Assembly (NCBI GenBank): GCA_964553275.1
Contig: CAZKKG010000001.1
Coordinates: forward strand, 36,993 to 100,992
Source of the DNA: an uncultured Candidatus Saccharibacteria bacterium
GTDB taxonomy: Bacteria; Patescibacteriota; Minisyncoccia; Minisyncoccales; CAZBVF01
Length of the DNA: 64,000 bases
Direction of reading: 5' to 3'
Below are positions 35,699 through 45,084 of this stretch, in pieces; the stretch's first letter is position 1; each line of letters opens with the position of its first letter. A program made the translations under genes and the position numbers. The notes beneath the pieces are model-generated. The model ran no database searches. It had not been told where the DNA came from and saw only the letters and a list, made by a program, of their open reading frames with translations.

Positions 35699-37687
35699 AT
35701 GAAGCAAAGTCTAAGAAAATTCAAGATCCGCTCCAGCTTCAAGCCTACCGAATGCCAGTTTCAAGCTGCAGAAAAAATAACCAAAAATATTAAATCTGGA
35801 AAGAAAAATCAGGTTCTTTTGGGCGTTACGGGAAGCGGGAAAACTATGACTATGGCTTCAATTATTGAGAAAATGCAGAAACCGGCTCTTGTTATAAGCC
35901 CAAACAAAACCCTCTGCGCTCAGCTTTATCAAGAATTTAAAGGCTTTTTTCCCGAAGCAGGAGTCCATTATTTCGTCAGCTATTACGACTATTATCAGCC
36001 AGAAGCATATATTCCCCAAACCGACACCTATATTGAAAAAGACGCTAACATTAATGAAGAAATTAACAAATTAAGACACGCTGCAGTGCAAGACATTTTA
36101 AAAAGAAAGGACGTTATCGTAATTGCCTCCGTCTCTTGCATCTACAATCTTGGTTCTCCCGAAAACTACCAGGAGGTTTCTTTACAAATTGAAAGAGGGC
36201 AAAGAATTGAAAGAAAGGAGCTGATGAAACATCTTGTCGATCTCCAATACCAGAGAAATGACATTGATTTCAAACCGGGCACTTTCAGGGCAAGAGGTGA
36301 AATAGTTGATATCTTTTTAATAACTGGAAATGAAATTGTAAGGGTGGAGTTCCTGGGAAGAAAAATAGGAAATATCTCGAAAGCAAAATCTTCTGCAAAT
36401 CCTGCTTTTAATTCTCAAATCCCTGATTTGAAAATATTCCCTGCTCATTTTTGGACAGCTCCTGAGAGAAAACTAGACATTGCTATTGAAAATATCAAAA
36501 GCGAACTTCAGCAAAGAGTTAAAGAATTAAAAAAAGAGAAAAAGCTGCTCCAAATACAAAGGTTGACCCAAAGAACGAATCATGATCTTGAGATGTTAAA
36601 AGAAACAGGATTCTGCCACGGAATTGAAAATTACTCAAGACATTTAGAATTTAGAGATCCGGGATCCCCTCCTTTTGCCCTTCTTGACTATCTTGAATCT
36701 GGAAACAAAAACTCTTCAAAAAAAGAATCCTCATACATTACCTTTATCGACGAGTCACATATGAGCATACCTCAGTTAAATGCCATGTATAATACGGACC
36801 GTTCGAGAAAAAATGTTCTAATTGAATATGGATTCCGTCTAAAATCAGCTTTAGACAACCGCCCCTTAAGCTTTGAAGAGTTCGAAGAAAAAATTGGGCA
36901 GACAGTATTTATTTCGGCCACCCCAGGGCCTTATGAAATGTCAAAAATTAAAAGCAATAGAGATTCTCTGCTCGCAGAACAGTTAATAAGACCAACCGGA
37001 CTTTTAGAGCCTTCCGTCGAAATAAGACCCATAAGAAATCAGGTTTCAGATCTTGTAAAAGAAATTAAAAAAAGAGCTGAAAACAAAGAAAGAACATTGG
37101 CTATAACGCTGACCAAAAGAACGGCTGAAGATTTATCCGAATATCTGTCAGAAAAGAATATTAAAAACCACTATCTCCATTCTGAAATTAAAACTTTGGA
37201 AAGACCTCAAATCTTAAACGATTTAAGGAGGGGAAAATATGATGCTGTCGTAGGCATAAACCTTTTAAGAGAGGGGTTGGACCTGCCCGAAGTTTCTCTT
37301 ATCGCTATTCTTGACGCCGATAAAGAAGGTTTTTTAAGAAATAAAACAACCTTAATCCAGACCATGGGAAGGGCATCGAGAAATATAAAAGGACATGTAA
37401 TTCTTTATGCCGACAAATTAACGAAATCAATCAAGGAAGCCATGGATGAGGTTGAAAGAAGAAGAAAAATTCAAATAAAATTTAACAAAACTCACGGCAT
37501 AACCCCAAAACCCATTACAAAAGAAATCAAAAACTGGCCCTTTGCTTCAAAAGAGAGAACGGTGGGTCTTGAGTTCTGGATGATAAAAGATAAGAAACTT
37601 CTGGAAAAAGAAATGAAAAAGGCAGCAAGAACTCTTGATTTTGAAAGAGCGGCTAAAATCCGCGATTTGATAAAATCTTTAAATTAA
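35699..37687 (+). CDS. uvrB: excinuclease ABC subunit B
   Basis: 662 aa. FKIRSSFKPTECQFQA, Walker A GVTGSGKT, helicase motifs, C-terminal UVR motif. Confidence 0.95.
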   Translation: MKQSLRKFKIRSSFKPTECQFQAAEKITKNIKSGKKNQVLLGVTGSGKTMTMASIIEKMQKPALVISPNKTLCAQLYQEFKGFFPEAGVHYFVSYYDYYQPEAYIPQTDTYIEKDANINEEINKLRHAAVQDILKRKDVIVIASVSCIYNLGSPENYQEVSLQIERGQRIERKELMKHLVDLQYQRNDIDFKPGTFRARGEIVDIFLITGNEIVRVEFLGRKIGNISKAKSSANPAFNSQIPDLKIFPAHFWTAPERKLDIAIENIKSELQQRVKELKKEKKLLQIQRLTQRTNHDLEMLKETGFCHGIENYSRHLEFRDPGSPPFALLDYLESGNKNSSKKESSYITFIDESHMSIPQLNAMYNTDRSRKNVLIEYGFRLKSALDNRPLSFEEFEEKIGQTVFISATPGPYEMSKIKSNRDSLLAEQLIRPTGLLEPSVEIRPIRNQVSDLVKEIKKRAENKERTLAITLTKRTAEDLSEYLSEKNIKNHYLHSEIKTLERPQILNDLRRGKYDAVVGINLLREGLDLPEVSLIAILDADKEGFLRNKTTLIQTMGRASRNIKGHVILYADKLTKSIKEAMDEVERRRKIQIKFNKTHGITPKPITKEIKNWPFASKERTVGLEFWMIKDKKLLEKEMKKAARTLDFERAAKIRDLIKSLN

Positions 37688-37746
37688 TAAGGTTCTTAAA
37701 TAAAAATAGTTGAAAAAAAAGTAAAAGATGCTAACATATTTATAAT

Positions 37747-38022
37747 ATGTCTCCAATAATAAAATCAGCAAAAAAAGCTTTAAGACAAAATCCAAAAAGA
37801 AAGATTAGAAATATACGCAGGAAGAAAAGAATAAAAAGCCTTTTCAAAAAGGCAGATGTTTTGATTTCTCAAGGCAAGATAGAAGAAGTAAAATCTCTCC
37901 TCCCCCAAATTTATAAGAGCTTAGACAAGGCCGCTAAGACCGGGGTAATTAAAAAGAACAAGGCCTCAAGAAAGAAATCAAACATAGCCGAGAAGGTTAA
38001 TAAAACTCAGAAGAAAAGCTAA
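37747..38022 (+). CDS. rpsT: 30S ribosomal protein S20
   Basis: 91 aa. MSPIIKSAKKALRQNPKRKIRNIRRK. Confidence 0.9.
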   Translation: MSPIIKSAKKALRQNPKRKIRNIRRKKRIKSLFKKADVLISQGKIEEVKSLLPQIYKSLDKAAKTGVIKKNKASRKKSNIAEKVNKTQKKS

Positions 38023-39068
38023 ATCTGGGCAATTAAGATATCAAGCGCCGTTTGAGGTTCAATCTTTCCTGTTTTAATATTAAAATCTACCTTAAAAATA
38101 TCTTGGTAGATTTTTTTTAATTCTTCCTTGCTAAATTTTCTAGCAAGGTTGCAGCTTTTTCTAACCACAAAAGGATGGAGTTTAGTTTTTCTTAAGATAT
38201 CACTATAAGAAATATTCTTTTCCATCATATCTTTAACAATAACAATATTTCTAAACTGAAAATTTATCATTGAAAGGATTAAAAGAGGATAATCTCCCTT
38301 TTCTAAATGGCCACGAATCAGTTTGAGAGCTTGCTTTTTATTCCTCAGAGCTATAGCATCAATAGTTTTAAAAATATCTACATCAATTTTCGGCTCAATT
38401 AAAGTTTCAATATCCTGATTGCTGACGCTTCCTTTACGTTTAAAGCTAATGATCTTCTTAATTTCATTAGACATGCGCCAGAGATTGTTGCCGACAAAAT
38501 CAATTAATTTTTTCAATGCTTCAGGCTCAATATCAACTTGAGAATCCTTAAATTGCCTTTTAACCCAGCTTCTTAATTTTTCTGTTTCTAAGGGTTCAAA
38601 CTCACATATTTTTACATTCTTACTTTTTTTCAGGAATTTTAATAAAGCATCGTTCGAAGGTATCTTTCCTTCTTGGAAAAGAAGAATTATGTCTTCGCTT
38701 TCGAGAAAAATCTTTGCGTTCTCAAGGAACCCTTCCTTAAGCTCCTTATTATCAAACATATCTTTTACGATAAAAAGCTTTTTCTCCTTGAACATGGAAG
38801 ATTGTTGAAAATCATTTTTTAAATCTTCAATCGCAATCATTTTTTGCCCGGACGTTCCCGACGAAGCTTCATTATCAAAACATTGCAAATCTAAAGAATT
38901 TTTATGCTTTTGCCGATAAAGATTTTTAATCTCATTTAATTTTTGATTCAGCCTGTATGTACAAACTCCGTAAAGTAGAATAATCATATCTTTTGACATT
39001 TTGGGCAAAAATAGGAAGACCTGCTGCCCAATTTTATTCTCTTTAAAATACTGCCGCAGCGAAAGCAT
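38019..39068 (-). CDS. holA: DNA polymerase III delta subunit-like
   Basis: 349 aa. Length, position and conserved blocks consistent with HolA, weaker than other calls. Confidence 0.55.
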   Translation of the reverse strand: MLSLRQYFKENKIGQQVFLFLPKMSKDMIILLYGVCTYRLNQKLNEIKNLYRQKHKNSLDLQCFDNEASSGTSGQKMIAIEDLKNDFQQSSMFKEKKLFIVKDMFDNKELKEGFLENAKIFLESEDIILLFQEGKIPSNDALLKFLKKSKNVKICEFEPLETEKLRSWVKRQFKDSQVDIEPEALKKLIDFVGNNLWRMSNEIKKIISFKRKGSVSNQDIETLIEPKIDVDIFKTIDAIALRNKKQALKLIRGHLEKGDYPLLILSMINFQFRNIVIVKDMMEKNISYSDILRKTKLHPFVVRKSCNLARKFSKEELKKIYQDIFKVDFNIKTGKIEPQTALDILIAQI

Positions 39069-39862
39069 CTTTCTCCTTCCCTGCGATAAACTTTTCTCAA
39101 AATATCAAAACTTCCTTTTTCTCCAGTGACCGTTCTAAAATCAGATATTGATTCTCCTTTAAGATTAATGGATTCTTTCAGGGTTTTAATCAGCATTAAA
39201 TAGATTTTCTCAAGTTCCGATTCTTTCAGCCTTGGAACCTCTTTTAGGGGATGAACTTCTGCTCTCCATAAAATTTCGTCTGAATAGATATTCCCTACTC
39301 CCGCTAATACCTCCTGATCCATTAAAACTTTTTTAATCTTGCTCTTTTTCTTGCCAACGCACTCTTTAAACTTTTCGAATGTGAATGCTTTATCTAGTGG
39401 CTCCGGTCCCAAACTCTTAAACTTCTCGGAATCCAACAAGACGGACTTGTCCCAAAGCTCAACTTTTGCAAACTTTCTAAGGTCTGAAAGGGCAAGCATC
39501 TTTCCGTTATCAAGCCAAAATATTAAATGTAAAAATCTGTTTGCAGGATCGGCTAAGAGAGAATTCTTCGTTTTGGGAGTCCAATTTCCTTCTCTGAAAA
39601 TCCAATTACCTAAAAGAAAGTGTCCGGTCATCTTTTGGTGAACAAGCATAGTTTTCCCCCGGGACAGGTCAATAAGAATATTCTTGGCCCTGCGCCAAAC
39701 CTTGATAATCTTTCTTCCAATAAGCTCTTTTTTAAAAGCATTAAAAGTACAAGGATTTTTTACCATTTTTTCAACATCAGTCCAAACATCCTCGATCTTT
39801 CGACCGAGGATTTCTTTTTTTAAACCATTTACTGTAGTTTCCACTTCGGGAAGTTCAGGCAT
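38984..39862 (-). CDS. fpg: formamidopyrimidine-DNA glycosylase
   Basis: MPELPEVETTV N-terminus. C-terminal zinc finger CFRCGS...CPKCQ. Confidence 0.85.
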   Translation of the reverse strand: MPELPEVETTVNGLKKEILGRKIEDVWTDVEKMVKNPCTFNAFKKELIGRKIIKVWRRAKNILIDLSRGKTMLVHQKMTGHFLLGNWIFREGNWTPKTKNSLLADPANRFLHLIFWLDNGKMLALSDLRKFAKVELWDKSVLLDSEKFKSLGPEPLDKAFTFEKFKECVGKKKSKIKKVLMDQEVLAGVGNIYSDEILWRAEVHPLKEVPRLKESELEKIYLMLIKTLKESINLKGESISDFRTVTGEKGSFDILRKVYRREGERCFRCGSILKRIKLGSRSSYFCPKCQKI

Positions 39863-39906
39863 AATTCTATTTGAAATTTCTTAGATTACTTCTTGATTCA
39901 AATTTT

Positions 39907-40308
39907 CTATTTTAAAACTGTTTTAATCTTCTCTGTAATCTCACCCGGTGTGAAGTGAGCTTTTATCATATAATCGACTGCCCCCATCTTTAAACCTTTT
40001 TCCACCTCTTCCCTCTGCCCGAGGTTGGAAAGAATAATTACGGGGATAGAAGACAAGACGACATCCTCTTTTATCTTTGACAGAACCTCAAAGCCGTCTA
40101 TGCCCGGTAATATCAAATCTAGCAAAATTAAGTCAGGATTTTCTTTTTTAACTTTTTCCAAACCCTCTTCTCCATCAACCGCCCCAAACGCTTCATATCC
40201 TTCATTATTCAGTTTTTTGATGATCAATTCTCTTAAGAATTTATCATCTTCAATAATTAAAATTCTTTTCTCCATAAACCCTTGTAGGGCATTAGAACAT
40301 ACCAACAT
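39907..40308 (-). CDS. stand-alone response-regulator receiver (CheY-like) protein
   Basis: 133 aa. ILIIEDD...DLILLDLILPGIDG...K signature of REC domains. Confidence 0.8.
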   Translation of the reverse strand: MLVCSNALQGFMEKRILIIEDDKFLRELIIKKLNNEGYEAFGAVDGEEGLEKVKKENPDLILLDLILPGIDGFEVLSKIKEDVVLSSIPVIILSNLGQREEVEKGLKMGAVDYMIKAHFTPGEITEKIKTVLK

Positions 40309-40337
40309 TTTAAAAATGTTAAAACGTTAAAACACCC

Positions 40338-40712
40338 TTATTTATTCACTAATTGATTATTAACCTTGTCTATTACCTCTTGAGGGTCAAATTCGGTTTT
40401 GATCAGCCAGTCCTTCGCCCCCAATTTCTGGGCCCTGTCTAATTCTACGGGTTGGCCAGAATTAGAAACCACAATCACATTAATTTTCTTTAAGTCAGGA
40501 TCTTTTTGCATCTCTTCCATCACTTCCAATCCTCCCATCTTAGGCATGATAATATCAAGCAGAATAAGATCGGGGGATATTTCCTTCATTGCTTTAAGGC
40601 CTGCTTCCCCGTCTTTAGCTACATGAACCTCATATCCTTCTTCAGTTAACTTCCTCTGGAGAAGGTCTATTATGATTTGTTCATCTTCTATTAATAAGAT
40701 TTTCTTTTCCAT
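40338..40712 (-). CDS. stand-alone response-regulator receiver (CheY-like) protein
   Basis: 124 aa. ILLIEDE...DLILLDIIMPKMGG. Confidence 0.8.
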   Translation of the reverse strand: MEKKILLIEDEQIIIDLLQRKLTEEGYEVHVAKDGEAGLKAMKEISPDLILLDIIMPKMGGLEVMEEMQKDPDLKKINVIVVSNSGQPVELDRAQKLGAKDWLIKTEFDPQEVIDKVNNQLVNK

Positions 40713-40797
40713 AATTTAAATTATAAATAAGGAATTATTTTCGACTTAATTATCTTCTTTTATTTTAAAGCCTTTTTAAGAAATCTTCAATAGATTG

Positions 40798-42420
40798 CTA
40801 GTTATTTGCTGCAGGCAGAGTGAAATAAAAGGTGCTCCCCTTACCTTCTTCTGACTTAAACCAAATTTTTCCTCCGTGAGCTTCTATAACGTTTTTAGTG
40901 ATATAAAGGCCTAATCCTGTCCCCGTTGTTTCCTTTCTAACGGCATTATTCCCCCTGAAAAATTTAGTAAAGACGCGTTCTTGCTCGTCTTTGGAAATCC
41001 CAATACCATTATCGGAAACTCTAAACTCTACCTCCTCTTTATTATTTTTGAGAGAGACTGTAACTTTTCCTCCAACGTGAGTATATGAAATAGCGTTATT
41101 TATAAGATTATGAATTGCCAGCCTTATCTTTTCCACATCTACCTTTGCTTTTGGCAGCTTCTTCTTGAGTCTTGTAAACACTACCTTAACTTTTCTTTTT
41201 TCTACCTTCTCCTTAAGAGAGTTTATTACGAAATCTATTACAGGCTCGATATCGATTAGCACTGGCTTGTAAAGGTATCTTCCTTCTTCAATTCTGGTAA
41301 CGTTTAAAAGATCATTAACTAGGGATATCATTCTTTCGTTAGACTGATAAGTTCTTTCAACATATTCTCTCTGCTCTTTCCCGATTTCTCCCAAGTCCCC
41401 ATCCAAAAGCATTTTCAGAGTCCATTTAATTGCTGATAAAGGAGTTCTTAACTGATGAGCAGCAAGCGATACAAATTCAGTCTTTAGTTTTTCTACAACT
41501 TTTTCTCTGGAAACATCATGTAAAACAACTAAAATTCCGCTTTCCTGCTTTCCCTCTTCGGGGAAAATGGTAGAGATTTCAAAAATAGATTCTTTACCCA
41601 GGGCAAGTTCCTGCCTATACATTCTTTTAATTTTAGAACTTTTAGAGTCTGTTATACATTCTATTATCTTTTTAAAAGCAGGGACATTAATGATCTCCGA
41701 GATATTTTGCCCAATCATTTTCTTAATATCAATATTAAGATACTTTTCTGCTTGAAAATTTGCTAAGGATAAATTATCTGCTTTATCAAAAAGCAAAAGT
41801 CCGTCAGAGAAATTCGTAATAATAGTTAGCGTTTTTTCTCTTTCGTTTTCCGCTGTCTTACGCGCTTCCCCAACATCTTCAAGAATATTCATCAGAGCTA
41901 ATCGTGACTCTGCTATTTCTTCCGTACGTATTTCTAAATCTTTCGTTCTTTCTTTAACCTTTTTCTCCAGACCTTTTCTCAGTTCTTCAAAACGACTTAC
42001 ATCAAAAAGAGCTACAAAATATCCTATGACCTCTTTATCTTCACCTCTTCTTGTTGCAATCGAAACGCTTACTGGAACCTCTTCCTTCCTTTTTGTTACA
42101 AGACGCATTTCTTTGCTTATCTTCCCTTCTTCCTTGAGCTCCCTGCTGGAAAGTAAGTTTCTGAATTTCTCCTTGTCAAGGAACAGTATTTCTACCTTTC
42201 CTCCAATAATTTCCGATTCTTTAAAACCGGTAAACGTTTGAAAGGCCAGATTAACAGTAATGACCAACCCGAAAGGATTAATAGCACAGAAAGCTAAAGG
42301 CAAAAAAGTCGAAAGTTCTTGGATGTATAAGTCAAGATCTCGTAAATCGTCTATTGCCATTTGAAGCAATTGATCTTTTTGGTCTTCCTCTCCTAATTTT
42401 TCCTCTATTTGTTTTGGCAT
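40798..42420 (-). CDS. cytoplasmic PAS-domain sensor histidine kinase
   Basis: 540 aa. H-box AAHQLRTPLSAI, N/G boxes (NLINNAISYT; GTGLGLYITKNVIEAHGG). No TM segment. Confidence 0.85.
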   Translation of the reverse strand: MPKQIEEKLGEEDQKDQLLQMAIDDLRDLDLYIQELSTFLPLAFCAINPFGLVITVNLAFQTFTGFKESEIIGGKVEILFLDKEKFRNLLSSRELKEEGKISKEMRLVTKRKEEVPVSVSIATRRGEDKEVIGYFVALFDVSRFEELRKGLEKKVKERTKDLEIRTEEIAESRLALMNILEDVGEARKTAENEREKTLTIITNFSDGLLLFDKADNLSLANFQAEKYLNIDIKKMIGQNISEIINVPAFKKIIECITDSKSSKIKRMYRQELALGKESIFEISTIFPEEGKQESGILVVLHDVSREKVVEKLKTEFVSLAAHQLRTPLSAIKWTLKMLLDGDLGEIGKEQREYVERTYQSNERMISLVNDLLNVTRIEEGRYLYKPVLIDIEPVIDFVINSLKEKVEKRKVKVVFTRLKKKLPKAKVDVEKIRLAIHNLINNAISYTHVGGKVTVSLKNNKEEVEFRVSDNGIGISKDEQERVFTKFFRGNNAVRKETTGTGLGLYITKNVIEAHGGKIWFKSEEGKGSTFYFTLPAANN

Positions 42421-42432
42421 TTAGATATAGAT

Positions 42433-43029
42433 TTACCAGGTTATTTTGAATCTGAAAGTGTTTTTCTTCCCCGCTGGCGTTTCTTCAATCTTCAGCTTGC
42501 TGGACAATATAACAAGAGATACGATTTGGGAAAAATATCCTTCAAGATAACGATAATGAATCGGCACTACAAGAAAATCTCTAATTTCCACAGTGCCGCA
42601 TCGATTTCTATCATCAAAATTAACTGTAAGAAATCCTTGAGTATAGTATTTTCTCCAAAACCTAGTGGCAACCCCAGCCCTTTCAAATTTCTTCTTAGAA
42701 ATAAAAAACTTTGCCATTATTTTTGCCAGAAAGTGGGTCTTTGCCGCCCAGCACCCCCATTTTCTCATCATCTTGTCATTCCAATGAAATGTCTTTTTTG
42801 CCACCAGAAGAAAGAGAGAATCAAGCTGAACAGGATACCATTTATAGTCTTTTATTTGTTCACATTTTAACGAATAACCAAATTTTTCCATTTCTTCTTC
42901 AACTTTCTTAAGTCCTTCTTCTCCTTTCCTTTCTAAAACAAACTCCCTGTCTTTTTTTAAAGACATTCCAATTATTTGTCCCTTTTTTTCATTTATTAAT
43001 TCAACTTCTTCTTTAAATGTTAACGACAT
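42433..43029 (-). CDS. hypothetical protein co-operonic with sensor kinase
   Basis: 198 aa, Trp/Lys-rich, no recognisable catalytic motif. Confidence 0.4.
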   Translation of the reverse strand: MSLTFKEEVELINEKKGQIIGMSLKKDREFVLERKGEEGLKKVEEEMEKFGYSLKCEQIKDYKWYPVQLDSLFLLVAKKTFHWNDKMMRKWGCWAAKTHFLAKIMAKFFISKKKFERAGVATRFWRKYYTQGFLTVNFDDRNRCGTVEIRDFLVVPIHYRYLEGYFSQIVSLVILSSKLKIEETPAGKKNTFRFKITW

Positions 43030-43038
43030 ATTTCTGAA

Positions 43039-43992
43039 CTATTTTTTACTTGATTTTTTCTTTATCTTTCTCAGCTCTTTTTTAAGTTCTATCATTTTTA
43101 ATTCCCTGCCTATGGTTAGTTTATGAAATTTCTCAAGCTCTTTTATTCTAGTTTCCAGTTCTTTTGTCCTTTCTTTAACTTTCTCTTCCAAATTTCCCGC
43201 TAGTTCTCTCAATTCTCTGGTTCGTGCCGCAACCTTTATCCGCAAAACCATTTCTGACTCTTCTAAAGCTTCTTTTGACCCTTTGAGTCTTTCAACTGTT
43301 TGGTTAAAGATATCGGCAAACTCACCTATTTCTGTTTTGGAAGAAATTTTTATTCGCGCATTAAGACGACCCTTTTTAACTTCTTCACAAACCCTAACTA
43401 TCTCTTTAATTGGCACGATAATATTATGTTCGATAACCAAGAATAAAGATAGAATTAGAACAAGAAGTCCTCCCCATGTTACTGTTAAGTCCCTAATCCA
43501 CATCCATTTCACTTCTCCCTTAACGCCTTCTAAAGAAAACCCGATCCAAACCGTTCTATTTTGATAACCGGGGTAAATTATCACTTTTATTTCCTCCCCT
43601 TTGAATATTTGATCTTTTACTTTTTCCTTGCCCGTTCTTGCCACCGTAAAAATATCGGGATCTTCGATAGTCTCACCCCATTCGCTTTCGATATTGCTCC
43701 TGTAAATAGTACCGTCTTGATTAACAATTCTAATGTAAATTACATCTTTAAAGCTTGCCATTTCGTTTAAAAAAGCTTTCTCCATGCCGGGGACCAAGGC
43801 CAACCTATATATCCAAATAGGCGAAGCCATTGTTTCGTTAATAGTTTCAGCCAGATTTATCTTCTCTTCAATAGTAGCCATGATTAGCTCTTCTCTGTGC
43901 TGACTAATAAAAAAATAGACGAGAGCAGATATGCTAACTCCTACAATCAGTAGAGTAATTAAAATAATTGTTCTTAGAGAATACTTCTTCAT
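43039..43992 (-). CDS. membrane sensor protein (periplasmic domain, TM, HAMP, coiled coil) lacking kinase core
   Basis: 317 aa. N-terminal TM, about 140-aa extracytoplasmic region, second TM, HAMP-like segment. Coiled coil shares the motif EEKVKERTKELETR with the downstream kinase (EKKVKERTKDLEIR). Confidence 0.6.
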   Translation of the reverse strand: MKKYSLRTIILITLLIVGVSISALVYFFISQHREELIMATIEEKINLAETINETMASPIWIYRLALVPGMEKAFLNEMASFKDVIYIRIVNQDGTIYRSNIESEWGETIEDPDIFTVARTGKEKVKDQIFKGEEIKVIIYPGYQNRTVWIGFSLEGVKGEVKWMWIRDLTVTWGGLLVLILSLFLVIEHNIIVPIKEIVRVCEEVKKGRLNARIKISSKTEIGEFADIFNQTVERLKGSKEALEESEMVLRIKVAARTRELRELAGNLEEKVKERTKELETRIKELEKFHKLTIGRELKMIELKKELRKIKKKSSKK

Positions 43993-44015
43993 AACTATTT
44001 TCAGAATAAACTTCT

Positions 44016-44960
44016 TTATTCCGGAGTAACTGAAGAACTGTGCGACGCAGGAACAACTCTTATTATAAGGTCACCCATTCTCTCTAAGTCTTCATCCTTT
44101 AGCGCCATTTTCCTCAATTCGTCTTTTGTAATTTTGGCTCCTTTGTCAACGGGGATAATCTTGTAGATGGGGAAATACGATTTCAGCCAAACCCCGATCT
44201 CATATGGAGTAATGAAGATAGGATTAAAAAGTTGTCCCCATTTTTTAATATCCGAAAGGACCATGCTGTCAAAATGACCATTGGTAATTAAAATCAAGTC
44301 AATCTCATTTAATTGAGTTAATTGCTGATATTTTTGAGGAAAACTGGGATTGTAATTAACTGCGGGGTCAATCAATATTCTTGTTCCTTCGGAACTTTCA
44401 AGAAGCCAGTGATTGTGCCCTAGCCATTCCACTTTAATACCCATTATTTCCTTTTGCTCTCCCGGTTCAAATTCAAGAGGTGAAGCTCTTAAATTATACT
44501 TTTTAAGTTCTTGGAAAAAGTTTTCTGCGCTCTCTTCCAATTCGGAAAAGCTTCCGTAATGGGTAGGAATAATATAGTCGCTTGGATCAATTAAACTTGC
44601 TGCATAAGCAGCTGCCTCCGAATCAAGAGTATATATGTTCCCGATAGGAAGAAAGACAACGTTAGGATTGTAGTAATCTCCTATTAACTTAAGATCTGCG
44701 CTTAACCCCGTATCTCCCGTAAAATAAAAACGGGCTCCGTTTTTAAAGTCAATAATATATCCCTGAGACTGCCCCGTATAAATATAAGGAGCCGTTCTTT
44801 TATTAAGCAAGGAAATCTCCCTGTTTATCTTTTTAACTTCCGCGTCCAACTCCTCTATTTCTCGCGTTAAAATTTTCGGAGTTGTCTCAGAAATGTAGAT
44901 ACTGACACTGGAAATCACTAAAGCAATGATTGCAAAAATAAGAATAGTTTTTTTATTCAT
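44016..44960 (-). CDS. membrane-anchored metallo-beta-lactamase-fold protein (UPF0173-like, apparently permuted or degenerate)
   Basis: 314 aa. GDTGL...LPIGN...THYG block precedes WLGHNHWLLE...RILIDP...LILITNGHFDS block. Confidence 0.45.
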   Translation of the reverse strand: MNKKTILIFAIIALVISSVSIYISETTPKILTREIEELDAEVKKINREISLLNKRTAPYIYTGQSQGYIIDFKNGARFYFTGDTGLSADLKLIGDYYNPNVVFLPIGNIYTLDSEAAAYAASLIDPSDYIIPTHYGSFSELEESAENFFQELKKYNLRASPLEFEPGEQKEIMGIKVEWLGHNHWLLESSEGTRILIDPAVNYNPSFPQKYQQLTQLNEIDLILITNGHFDSMVLSDIKKWGQLFNPIFITPYEIGVWLKSYFPIYKIIPVDKGAKITKDELRKMALKDEDLERMGDLIIRVVPASHSSSVTPE

Positions 44961-45084
44961 AGTTTTATTTTAAAAAATACCTCTACCTTTATTTTAGCAA
45001 ATTTTAGAAGATAGAAAAACCCGGCATTGGTCCGAGTATTTCTTCAAGAAATTCTTTCAGGAATTTATCTCCTTGTCTGCAATT

